From: Chrysomallon squamiferum
Taxonomy: Eukaryota > Animalia > Mollusca
Direction: 5' to 3'
Length of the DNA stretch: 64,000 bases
Assembly (NCBI GenBank): GCA_012295275.1
Contig: CM022676.1
Span: 13,640,001 to 13,704,000 of the forward strand
The position numbers and the translations under genes are program-made. Under the pieces are notes generated by a model. The model was given only the letters and a program-made list of their open reading frames with translations. It ran no database searches and had not been told where the DNA came from. Positions 24,480-35,680 of this stretch are shown here, in pieces (position 1 is the stretch's first letter; the number at the start of each line of letters is the position of its first letter).

Positions 24480-25150
24480 GGGTCATTAAGCTGGCAGATT
24501 AATGATTCAGTTATCTATGTTGAATGTTCATCAGAAGACTGAAAGTGTATGACATAAGTGGCAAGACAAAGTAAATGGATGAGTTAAGTTGCAGTTAACA
24601 GAGAAAAAAATATGTATTTAGTGGCATCCCACAAAGCTCTCTTGGACCAATATTAATTGAGCTGTTCATTATGAATCGCCAAACATGGTATATGGCACTG
24701 ATTTAATATTTGCTGATGAGTTTTCTGTCATGATTCCAGACATTTTATTTAGTGTTTGGTGAGACAAATGGAAGTCTAATGGCACAGTGTTGGAAATGAA
24801 ACAATCAAAAATAGACAAGGAATTCAAATTTCATTATAATCTTGGTACCAAATTAACTATGCATTATCCATGCTTGGTTTGAAATACGTTGATGAAACTA
24901 CAGTTACATAACTTTTTATAACAGTGGTCCATACTCACCAGGAATATAGTAATTCCATCTGGTGTGCTAGTTTCAGTGTGGGATAAATGTAACCAAATCA
25001 TCTATGTACTGCAATATTATGCTGTTAAGACCAAAGTTAATCTAAAGACAGCCTATATGTTCGATAATGTCTGGTATGAAGGAACTAATATATTGCAATT
25101 AGTTCAGTGGTAGACAAAAGAATGGAGGTGGATCATTAGAATAATGATAC
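24480..25150 (+). mobile_element. Degenerate CR1-like LINE RT fragment
   Basis: VFSGIPQSS-LGPIL, IFADE and a decayed (P)xxEYSNSIW motif, in broken frames. Confidence 0.5.
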
Positions 25151-25323
25151 ACTGAAAGGGAAACTCTAGTGACTTTATATTTAAAAGGCAATAATCCTAT
25201 AACATCTACACACAATACTGTATAATTACACCTGCTACTGTTAGTTAATGAAGAAAATAATCATCTGGTATTTGTTAGTTTAAATCATGTAACTAACTAT
25301 CAGGTAAACTGAATGAATGAATC

Positions 25324-25324
<1 letters not shown>

Positions 25325-25386
<62 letters not shown>

Positions 25387-25395
25387 AATAAATAA
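25325..25395 (+). repeat. (AAT)n/(AAAT)n microsatellite
   Basis: Directly visible; similar tracts at ~26112-26181, 35235-35290 and 62271-62313. Confidence 0.9.
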
Positions 25396-25669
25396 AACAG
25401 CACTTTACTAGTTCATTTCAGTAATCATCTTGAAAGTTATGCAGTAAAAGTTTTATTTTGTTCAGACATTACTATAAGAAATTAAAGTAAACTGATCTGC
25501 CCTGTATCTGATGACAGTGTCTGTGCCGAGATACTTTTAATCTGCACTTTTTTATTCATAATTAATTATGAATGGATCACAAAAATTAAAATTATTTTGG
25601 AAGTTTATAAAATATATTAAGACTTTATTTTTGTAGCAAAAAACTATAAACATTATTTTTAAGAATTAA

Positions 25670-26110
25670 TTATACTGTTGCAGATCGAAAAATAATTGTA
25701 AATAAATAAGAAGTAAAAAAGTAAATAAAATGTAAAAAGAAAAAGAAAAATAGATAAATAAATAAATGAATAAATAAATAATCATAAATAAATAACATAA
25801 ATAAATAATAAAAAAACAACAACAACAAAAGACAAATTAAATTGTGTAAATATTTACAACCTGTTTTCTTGACGTTTTCATATAGATGAAGTTTAGTGTA
25901 ATCTGCTGAACCTCTCCTTTCCTGTAGTCCTTCGTATGTTTCATTTGTCTGATCAGCCTCAGATACATCTTCTGTAAATTACAATTAATCATTTCGTAAG
26001 AAAAATTTAGCTAAAATGTTAGTTAAACATTTATATTTTGTGAGACCAATATAGTCCAACAGTTATGTATGTGTCACTTACTTATATTTTTAATTCTCAG
26101 TTATAACTAA

Positions 26111-26158
<48 letters not shown>

Positions 26159-29100
26159 ATTATTATTATTATTATTATTATCATGTAGAGTATCTAAATA
26201 AATGATTTTACAGTTGCAATAAAATAATCATAAATTTAGCTGTTATAGAAGATTTACCAGATCTGGTTTGTATCATTACTGGTCTGAGACTTATATCATA
26301 TCTGCAAGAAGAAATCACGATTTTAAAGTATCTGCATCAAAATAAGTGTGCATAACAGACAGACAGGTCGTAACAGATTAAACAGTTTTACTGAAGGAGC
26401 ACTGAACATGAATATCTGTATGAAATAGACATTTCCAGTACCAACAAGTTGTTTGTTCATGCTGAATCTAAAAATGCAACTTCTAAATTGTTATTTTGTT
26501 ATTGTTGGCATTTAAAATTGATAGATACCTGTGAGTAATACTGTTAGACATACTTTTTTATTTGTTGCTGTATAGCAAATTACAAGTTGAACAAACTAAA
26601 ACATACTGATTTTTTACTAAGTCTGTATTTAACAGTTTTTTATGTCAGCGTTGATAATAGTTACAACTTGCCAGGCAGATTAAATTAGAAGTAAGCAAAA
26701 TAAACTTACGCAGATAATCCATTTTTGTTACCTGCTAAAAAATAAAATGCCTGAAGTTTTGTAATCTTTGCAAGCACAAATATTTGCAAAGATAGATGTA
26801 TGCAGACACATATACATATATTTGTCAAATGAGTAGAAATTACATAATTATTATGTGAAATATTCTGATCTGCTAGCATTGTGAAAATAAAACTTTAAAT
26901 TTTTTGTAAATTATACAACTTAGATATTTACATAAAAAAGTATTTCATTTAGTCAAACAGAAATTTGAATCAATTTCATTATGTTACTTTCACCATTTAC
27001 ACAACTTATTAATTTTTCATTTACTTTATTTTTCTCTGTTTGCAAAAAGTAAAGGTAAAATATTCCTTGCAGTTATATTTTAAAAAGAAAAGAAAAAAGA
27101 AATGAGAATACAATAGAGAGAAGACTATTTCATTACAGAAACACAAAAATCAGTATAAATGTTATTGAAACCTTGTTTACAGATATATCCTTTTCTTCTG
27201 AGTATTTCAAGAATTGCATACATCACAGAAGCAGCAAGAAAACCTATCACAATCCCAACTGCTATACCACCTGCATCACCTAGTTTGTCTGACTGCACTA
27301 AACAAGCTTCTTCATAACAAACACCTGCATTAAAAATATTACAAAAATACCACAGACACACATTTACTGTGAGATTATCTTTGAAATCAACCATGTTAAA
27401 TAAGAAAGTATAAAATAATAATAATAATAATCATAGCGAAGATTCAAACTTGATGGAAATAATCCCCTTTTGTGATGATAAAAAATTTGTACTAGTTTAT
27501 TTTTGTGGCAAATGGTTACTTTTGTTTTTGGCTTTTTTTTAATGCTATAGTACCCCGTTTCACGAACCTCTTCAACCTAAACCAAAATATAATTATCATT
27601 TCAACTCCTTGGGTTCATCATAGACATGTATTTCTGCAAAACAACAAAAAGAAATTGGTCTTCGTTTACATACTTCAACTGAAATAATTTAAAAAAAAAG
27701 AAAATTAACGTTTACCATTCCTATTTTGAAACATCACAAAGATCTATATAGGTTATAATGAAAAGGTTATTTTGAAATTTTTTTGTTATTGTTTTTAAAT
27801 ATATATATTCCACATTTAGAAACTCTAGCACAAACAGTTTTCATACAGCATCTTTCAAAACATGTAATAGCAGTAAAAAAAAAAAAATTATAATAATAAT
27901 AATAAAAACAAAATTAAAATAAAAGGAATAAAGAAAGGCAATGATTAAGAAATACAAATTAAGTTTTATAAATCATATTTCCACTTATTATGGCTATAAG
28001 GGTGCTGTTATGTATCATTATTATCTAAAAAAACCCACCAAAAACACCATGAAACATTTATCTGGAAAAGTTACTTGTTTATGAACATTTTCTAAACAGT
28101 CATACCAAAAACTGAAAAACAATTTTGGTTATTCAAATGTTGTCATTTTCTGCCAAGAAATAAATACTAATGTTATAATAAAATAACTGAATGTCAAATT
28201 AATAGCAACTGCTGGGATGTCAGCTTCTGTGGTATGTTTAATATCAGAGATATGTTTACCTGTTGTAATTACTTGAATTCTGACATAACCGCTCATATTG
28301 TCTGAAGTTCTTGTGTTTTCACCTGAGATTCTGACATCATACACTGTTTTGTCTTTCAGTCTGGTGATGTTAAAAAATATTTTCTGTCCTTCTGTTGAAT
28401 CATCAAACCATTTACTTTGCCAAGCAGTAATCCAGTTAGAGTCACTTTGTGGTTTGTACTGCAGTATAAATCTCTGTTTGAAATTACCACCTGGGTAGTT
28501 AGGTAGCCAGGACAAGAACACTGTACCTGATGTTGATTGTCTTTCTTGTTGGAACTCTTTAGGAGGAAGAGGTGGACCTGCTCCAGTTAGGTTCACAGAA
28601 AACTGAGAACATCCAACTTCATTACAGACAGTCAGTTTGTACGTTCCAATGTCATCTTGTGTGAAGTTTGTGATGTTCAGTGAAATTTTGTATCCTGAGT
28701 CTTTAATCAGTTTGCTGTGAATTTTCAGTGTGACATTTGTCTCCTCAACATTCGTATTATTAAAACTTGTTTCCCTCTTAGAGTTCATCCAGGTATAATT
28801 ATTCATAGTGGGATTACAAAACAAAGTTTTTACTAATAAAACTGGCTTTCCAACTTCAGCTCCCACTCTGTCATTTTTAGGTTCCATAGTGATCTTTGGT
28901 TTTGCTGAAATATAAAACAAACACAAAATTAATTTAAAAAATGTATGTAGTAAACAGCTAAAACAAGTTTCATGTAATTTGTTATAAAATAAACAATAGC
29001 AAACCCACATTAGAATGAGTTGGAATACATTATCTACATAAACAACACAATTCTCATTTTCACAGAGATTTTCATATTATTACATATGACCAGAATGCTT

Positions 29101-32100
29101 GAAACGGTAAATAAATTTAGTTTTGATTTAATATTTCAAGTAATTTTATTAATCTAACAAAAAAGCTAGAAATCATCAAATATATCAGGTTTGCGAGTTC
29201 ATGCAAGGATCAAATGATGAGGAACACATCACTGTCACTGTAAGTGAATTATTTTAACGTCAGGAAACAAGTTATATTAGTGGAAGATTCAGTTCACATG
29301 CAGGAAACAGTGAGGACATTATAAAGTATATTCAGATTAATACAAGATGATCTAAAAAATTAAAGAAAATCTAAAACTTGCTTTGTTATCAGACAGCACA
29401 GTTCATTTTGGACAAAAAGAAAAAGAAAATGACAGTTTTGAAGTTGTAGACATTTGATGTTTACTTAGAAGAATGACTGCGATTTAACTGAACGACTCTG
29501 GCTCTACTGTCCAAACAATGCTGTTTATGACAACTGCTCATGGAAACCAAAGCCCAATAGGTACACGTATTTACATTGCATACAAAAAAGATAAATCTTC
29601 TTTCATGACTAATTTGAAAATCTCTGTTATTTTTGTCAAACATTTCTTCTTTCTTCTAGGAAAACAGAGGTTTCGTTTACTCCAGTCTTTTAAATTACAA
29701 TCGATGAAGAAACACCGTTATCATTACTGTTTTTCATACCTTTAACATAAACGACACTGTAGCTAGTCTGTACCAAAGTTCCACTTCTGTCAGGAATCCC
29801 GTTGTGCACACTACACTGGTATGTTCCACTGTCCTGATATGAAGCAGAAACAAACATCAAACTGTATTTGTTACGTCCAACATGTCTGCCTGTCACTTTT
29901 CTAACAAACACGTCATTCCAGTAATGTTTGAAATCTGAGAAGTTCATGTTGTCAGGACGACCATCAGCAGAACAGTTTATTTTTAGTAACATGTTTTCTG
30001 TTAAATTTTCAGATGGGAAGCTGACATCAGGAGCATCTGAAATAAGTAAAATACAGATAAAGTTTTTCTGTAATTTAATTAATTTTAAAAAAATCAGACA
30101 TTTCAGATATTGTCTTCTCTTACAACTTAAAATCTCAATATCTCAGTTATTTATATAACTGCAGTAATTATATTACAGTGACAATGTTAAGGCAAGACTT
30201 ACAATTGACATTAACTTTAGTTTCAGACGAGTTCAACAGATCTCCATGGATACTGGCTCTTACATTTGCTTCGCATGTGTAACTGCCAGAATTATCTCTA
30301 CTGAGGTTTTTCAAGTCTAGTATTCCATTATTTACTTGAATATCTCCCTCAAATTTCCACTTGAGTTGAACAGAGCTGGGGTTGCTGTCTGCTGTGCAGG
30401 TCAAGGTCAAATCATAACCTTCCTTTACAGGATTTGATTGTGATAAAGATATTGTAATTCTAGGATAATCTAAACAAAATATAAACAAAGTAACGTACAC
30501 AAGACATTTTAACAATACATTACTGAGACAATTATTCACAGGAACAGCACATGACTGAAACACTACTTTGGTAAAACAAAAACAACAATTAAATAACAAT
30601 TGGAGATTGAACAACACCTGTAACAGTTTATAGTTAGACTGAAGGAGACGAATAATCATGAAGATAATTTACAGAAAACACTGAGCTTAAGTTAATATTC
30701 AATCTGAACTACAACTTATAGTGAACATGAGTTTGAGAATAACTTACACCGATCATGTATTGAAATAGATATTCAATCTGAAGTATAACTTGTACTGATC
30801 ATTGAAGTGAAGTAGATTTTAAAGCTGAAGTACAATAAAGTATATATCTAATTTTAAGTATAACAAAATTTGAACTGAAGTATGTAATGAAGTATATATT
30901 TAACATGAAGTATAACTCAAGGTAAATACTCAATGATGTAAATATTGAAGTTGAAGTATAACTTTCAGTAAACAGTGCAGTTATGTAGATATCTAACTTG
31001 TAGATATCTAACTTGATATACAACTTACAGTAAACGTTCAGCTGAAGTATATATTTAAGTATGAATTGAAATATATATATACAACCTTGAAGTAGGTATT
31101 TAACTTGAAGAATAACTTACAATAAACATTCAGTTGAAATATATATTTAGGATTAAGTATATCTTACTGTAAACAAATGCATTGAAGTATATATTTATCA
31201 TGAAGTATGGCTAACACTAAACACCGAGTTGAAGTAGATATTCAAGATTAACTTACAATATTTGTTTTTACACGTAAATATTTCAAGTTGTAATCGTTGA
31301 ATTGCATGTATTTGTGTATTTTAATCCACAACAATAACCAACGACTGAACATTCTGAACTTAGCCAGTAATATATATTGATATGTGTATCAATTACAAAC
31401 AATATAAAATTCACTTACAATAAATAGTCAAGCTTCTGCTTTTTCCCCAGTTGTAGACGCCATACTTCCAACTAGAAACACACTCACACACTTTGTTATT
31501 CTGAGTCCTGTTAGCCATGAAAGATATTGTACACGTTCTGGTTTCTTCTCTGTCAGAGCAGTGTACAGGATTATAACATATCCAGTTCAGATTTGGTTTC
31601 GGGTTTCCACCAGTCGTAGAACAGTCCAGTGTGACAGTGTCACCCTCAAACACAGGAAACGTTGTTCCTGAAACAACTGGAGATGAACTCGGTGGATCTG
31701 GAAATGAAAGAGCAAATCAGTAATTTGTTACACTTTACGTTTGCAAAATGTATTATAGTTTCGGCATAAACTCGTACGAGCAATATCACGTCTGATTTCT
31801 GTGATTTTCTTCTTACTGCTCTTGACATAACTGTAGACTGTTTTTATGAATGTTGGAAGGCGACTGTTTTGTTGAAAGCAGTAAGAGATTGGGAATATTT
31901 TCATTTGCACCAAAAACACATATATTTATCTGATGTCATAAACAAGACAAATAATTTATTAATTGGTTAATTATTAATATAAAAGTATATAAAGAAAACT
32001 TAAATAAAATATAACAATTAAATTTATTACTTAATCACAAAAATATTGTTCTTCTCATTGCTGCTTATTTAATGAAGTTAATTAATATCTTCTGATTAGA

Positions 32101-34269
32101 TCTCTCTTAAGCATATTTAATTTATTCGTTTTATTTTTGTTCCAATTATGTATACTTTTCTTATCTTCATGTAATTATGATTAGCATTCCCATCATAAGG
32201 TTTCTTATTCACGTTGTTCCACTTTTTTCTTATACTTAATATTACGTATGTTTATTCCTAGTCTATAATTTATAACTTTTTGAAATACGTAATTTACACT
32301 ATTAAACAAAATTCAAGAATATTTAACTGTGACAAAAACAAAACATACTACTACTACTACTGCTGCTACTACTACTACTAATACTAATACTAATACTACT
32401 ACTAATAATAATAATAATAAATGTGACAAAAGCACTGTTATGTATTACAGAAATTATTGAGTCTAATATTGTAACAATTAACAAAGCTTTGCATTTAAAT
32501 TTAAAACAAGAAGAGATTAAAATCAATACTCCATTAAGTTCAGTTAATTAGAGGTAAATTCTATTAAACATTCATGTTTTGCAATGAAACTTGAATAACT
32601 CAAAGTAAATTGTCAGTCTGAAGTTGTTTCTTTCAGACTGTTTTGCTTTGGTGTTGTTACTGTAATTTAATACTAGTGAAAACGAGACTCAAAATTAAAT
32701 AGATATTTTAATACAAACTAAATAATATTTAAAAATATAGCTCACAATAAGCTGTCAGTGTCAACTGGTTACTTTTAGTCTCTTTTGTTTTAGACTGATA
32801 CTAATTTAAATGCTATCTATTAAATTTTAACGATGTCAATAATATCAAAGAAAAATCTGAGTAACTCACAGAAGACAGTCAGTGTTACAGTGTTACTTTC
32901 AGACTGTTTTGTTTCAGAGTTCGTCACTGTACACGTGTAAACATTTCCTGCTTCATTCCTGCTGATGTTTGTCAGTCTCAGTTGAGAGTTTGATGTGAGT
33001 TCATCATTTCCCAGCTTCCACGAGTAGGAACAGCTTGGCTTACACACAGCAACACAGTCAACACTGAGACTGTGTCCTTCTACCACTTCAACAGGTGATG
33101 TTAAACTGAGTGCAACAGAGTCTGGACCATCTAAGTAATAAAATTAGAATAGTATTTAATAAACTTTATCTACAGTCTACGTATGGAAATGTAATTTTAC
33201 TTGATGTTACACGCACACAAATTAATATCATTTTATTTAGTTTAATGTTTAACATTGTACTTTTAAAATGATTAAAATTCCAATACTTGTTTAATTAATA
33301 TGATAATTACTTACAATAAACAGGTAAAGTAAAATTGTTGCTCTTGTTTAAAGCTGAATTCAGTTCACACCACCAAAGCGCTTCATCATCAGCTGAAGTT
33401 CTGTTTACGGTCAGCGTGTAGTTCTTTACCCTTGATGATCCAACGTCTGAACCTTCTCCACAGACTGGAGTGTAGCCAGGAGAACGATTGAATAAAGAAC
33501 AACTGTCAACAGTCTGATAGAGAGAACCTATCTGTTGTGTTTGGCTTCCAGTTAGTTTATAAAACTGTACCAGGTCTCTAAGACCGTCAGCCTGTGACAC
33601 AGTACAAGTAAATGTAAATGTCTCATTCAACACTGCATAAGACAAAGAACCAGATATCTTCAGTGAAACACCTATACGGAAACAAATTAAATAATAAATA
33701 CCTTTTAAAATTATAAAAATTGGACACTTGAAAAAATTAAACAGAGTTTATTAAATTGTTTTTTATATTATTATGATGATGATGATGATGATGATATTCT
33801 GTCATCACTAAAACAATTCAAACCGCATGTTAATTATTTCAGATATTCAGTGTCTAACATTTTTCCAATGTACTCGGCCTTCAACCTCACATAATACGAT
33901 GTATTTTGCACGTATACTACCATACAGTCCTCTAGAATTTTGAATTATTTAGTGGTTCTCAGTAAATATCTATGAACCTATTCACATAGTTGTGAAATAA
34001 CGATTTTAATTATCATTCATTACACATTGTACTAACTGGTCACTACAGTGATAACTGTCAGCTGAAACCAGATATTATAAGGATATATAATGTTCTGAAT
34101 AAAGAACAGTGTAAGAGTACGTATATCAATTTGATTTTAATGTGTTATGTGCTATTGTACAGTCAGTAATTATAAAAATGGTTATGGTATAATTCAACTT
34201 GGTCTAGTGTTACGTACATTACTTCAGTTTGAACAAGGAAATTTATTCACGGAAAACAAAATTATATAT

Positions 34270-34302
<33 letters not shown>

Positions 34303-35245
34303 CGGATAGATAGATAGATAGATTACAAATGGTGTCCGGATTGCAAGAGTGATAAGAATAACTGTTATACACATTTTGCCGTAGATTTGTTTTCTTGCTC
34401 TTAATTATTCAATGATTTTTTGTTTCTCGAAGATCATTTTTAGAGTAACAATTTGAAGTATTTAACTAGATCGTTTCCGACAACTCCATTATGTGAAATA
34501 TAATCCAAGTGTAACATTATAACACTATACTAGCTGTCACAGTACATTTTACTATCACTGTAGAACACTGCACTTCACAACCTCGAAATGAAACAAAATC
34601 TTAATCGCATCTCTTTCTTTTATTTATATATTTATTACATAATTGTTATTATTATTATTATTATTATTAAAATTATTATTATTATTTTATATTGTTACTG
34701 TTATTGTTATTGTCATTGTTGTTATTATTATTATTATTATTATAAAAATATACGTCGCAAATCTGATATGTTTAACGTTCCTTACAGTTTATGGGACTTC
34801 ATAGTCCGATTCATTCACTTTTCACAGAGACGACGTTCAGTTTAAATAATATACACCAAACTAGTTTTAACCAGGGCACAGACTGAATAACTTTTCAGTA
34901 CACAGTTTATATCAGTAATATCTAACATATCTGTTTCAATGTATGAATTAAATAGTATCAATAAAATTTACCTAAATATCCAACAATCGAAGCAGAAACA
35001 AGTATGTATCCCACTATCGCCATAGTGTATGTTGTGATTTACTTTGTTTCTTTCGTGTACACAAGTTATAGCCAGTCTATCTAAGTTATCTTACTCGGTC
35101 ACGTTATTACTTCAGCGCTCTCACTGTAATAAAGCGTCTACTTCTATCTCGGTTAAGGTATAAAAAAATCTCATTCTTGTCAAGACTAAAATCAAAAATA
35201 ATAAAAACAGATAAACAAGATGAATAACTAAATAATAATAATTAT

Positions 35246-35290
<45 letters not shown>

Positions 35291-35433
35291 CAGCTCTGAC
35301 CGGCATAAATCTGAATAATACAAATGAATAAATAAATAAATGAATAACCAAATAAAAAAACAATTGAATGAAACTTACCTGTACTACATGTAACAATCAT
35401 GACAGAAACTAGTAAATATCTCAATGGCGCCAT
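25670..35433 (-). CDS. Gene B: multi-Ig + FN3 type I membrane receptor with cytoplasmic ITAM (activating type), apparently intact
   Basis: Exons high to low: leader 35433-35379 or 35023-34972; 33671-33315; 33130-32870; 31697-31419; 30469-30203; 30036-29740; 28904-28260; TM 27324-27172; 26731-26710; 26301-26258; 25971-25861. The terminal stop exon is uncertain (~25674-25670 or 25541-25537). All junctions are GT-AG and frame-consistent. Confidence 0.85.
25861..25971 (-). CDS. Gene B ITAM exon
   Basis: tttacag|...|gttgta, 111 nt; EDVSEADQTNETYEGLQERRGSADYTKLHLYENVKKT. Confidence 0.8.
26258..26731 (-). CDS. Gene B cytoplasmic micro-exons (26731-26710, 22 nt; 26301-26258, 44 nt)
   Basis: Phases 1>2 and 2>1 complement each other: GNKNGLSA + YDISLRPVMIQTRS; donors gtaagt and gtaaat. 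Confidence 0.7.
27172..27324 (-). CDS. Gene B stalk + transmembrane exon
   Basis: 153 nt, phase 1-1; GVCYEEACLVQSDKLGDAGGIAVGIVIGFLAASVMYAILEILRRKGYICKQ. Confidence 0.85.
28260..28904 (-). CDS. Gene B Ig-like D7 + FN3 exon
   Basis: 645 nt; paralogue of 11603-12244 with one extra codon. Confidence 0.88.
29740..30036 (-). CDS. Gene B Ig D6 exon
   Basis: 297 nt; paralogue of 10452-10748. Confidence 0.85.
30203..30469 (-). CDS. Gene B Ig D5 exon
   Basis: 267 nt; paralogue of 9996-10262. Confidence 0.85.
30665..31255 (-). repeat. Orphan copy of the D4 donor-site minisatellite in gene B
   Basis: Reverse-strand units such as cttcagctgaacgtttactgtaagtt and tttcaactgaatgtttattgtaagtt; ends in cagtgttttctgtaaattatc like gene A ~9830-9850. 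Confidence 0.7.
31419..31697 (-). CDS. Gene B Ig D3 exon (intact)
   Basis: 279 nt open; VTLDCSTTGGNPKPNLNW...NNKVCEC. Confidence 0.85.
32870..33130 (-). CDS. Gene B Ig D2 exon
   Basis: 261 nt; paralogue of 6335-6595. Confidence 0.85.
33315..33671 (-). CDS. Gene B N-terminal V-like Ig D1 exon
   Basis: 357 nt; tag acceptor and intact gtaagt donor. Confidence 0.85.
34268..34323 (+). repeat. (GATA)n microsatellite
   Basis: Directly visible. Confidence 0.9.
34972..35023 (-). CDS. Gene B signal-peptide exon (proximal)
   Basis: MAIVGYILVSASIVGYL-G|gtaaat, phase 1. Confidence 0.65.
35379..35433 (-). CDS. Gene B signal-peptide exon (distal)
   Basis: MAPLRYLLVSVMIVTCST-G|gtaagt, phase 1. Confidence 0.65.
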
Positions 35434-35648
35434 TGTGAATGTTGTGACTAAACTTGTTTCTTCCAGGTACACGAGTTGTACTTTATCTAGGTTAACTTAT
35501 TGTGTCACATTTCTATAGCGCTGTCATTCTACTAATGTGTCTATTTTTTGTATATTTATTTCACTTTATTCATTACATAGTGAAAAACAACAACATTCTA
35601 TTTAATATTATTACACTGTCACTTTATTACAGCTCTCTAACATAACTG

Positions 35649-35653
<5 letters not shown>

Positions 35654-35680
<27 letters not shown>

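Noticed and set aside
28298-30158. Antisense ORFs overlapping Ig/FN3 exons (e.g. 28298-28498, 29928-30158, 10360-10560, 40377-40673)
   Set aside because: They are shadow frames of real exons on the opposite strand.
34588-35396. Tyr/Ile/Leu-rich ORFs (also 5435-5626, 19666-19881, 32323-32526)
   Set aside because: These are translations of (TAT)n, (TG)n and (TAG)n microsatellites.
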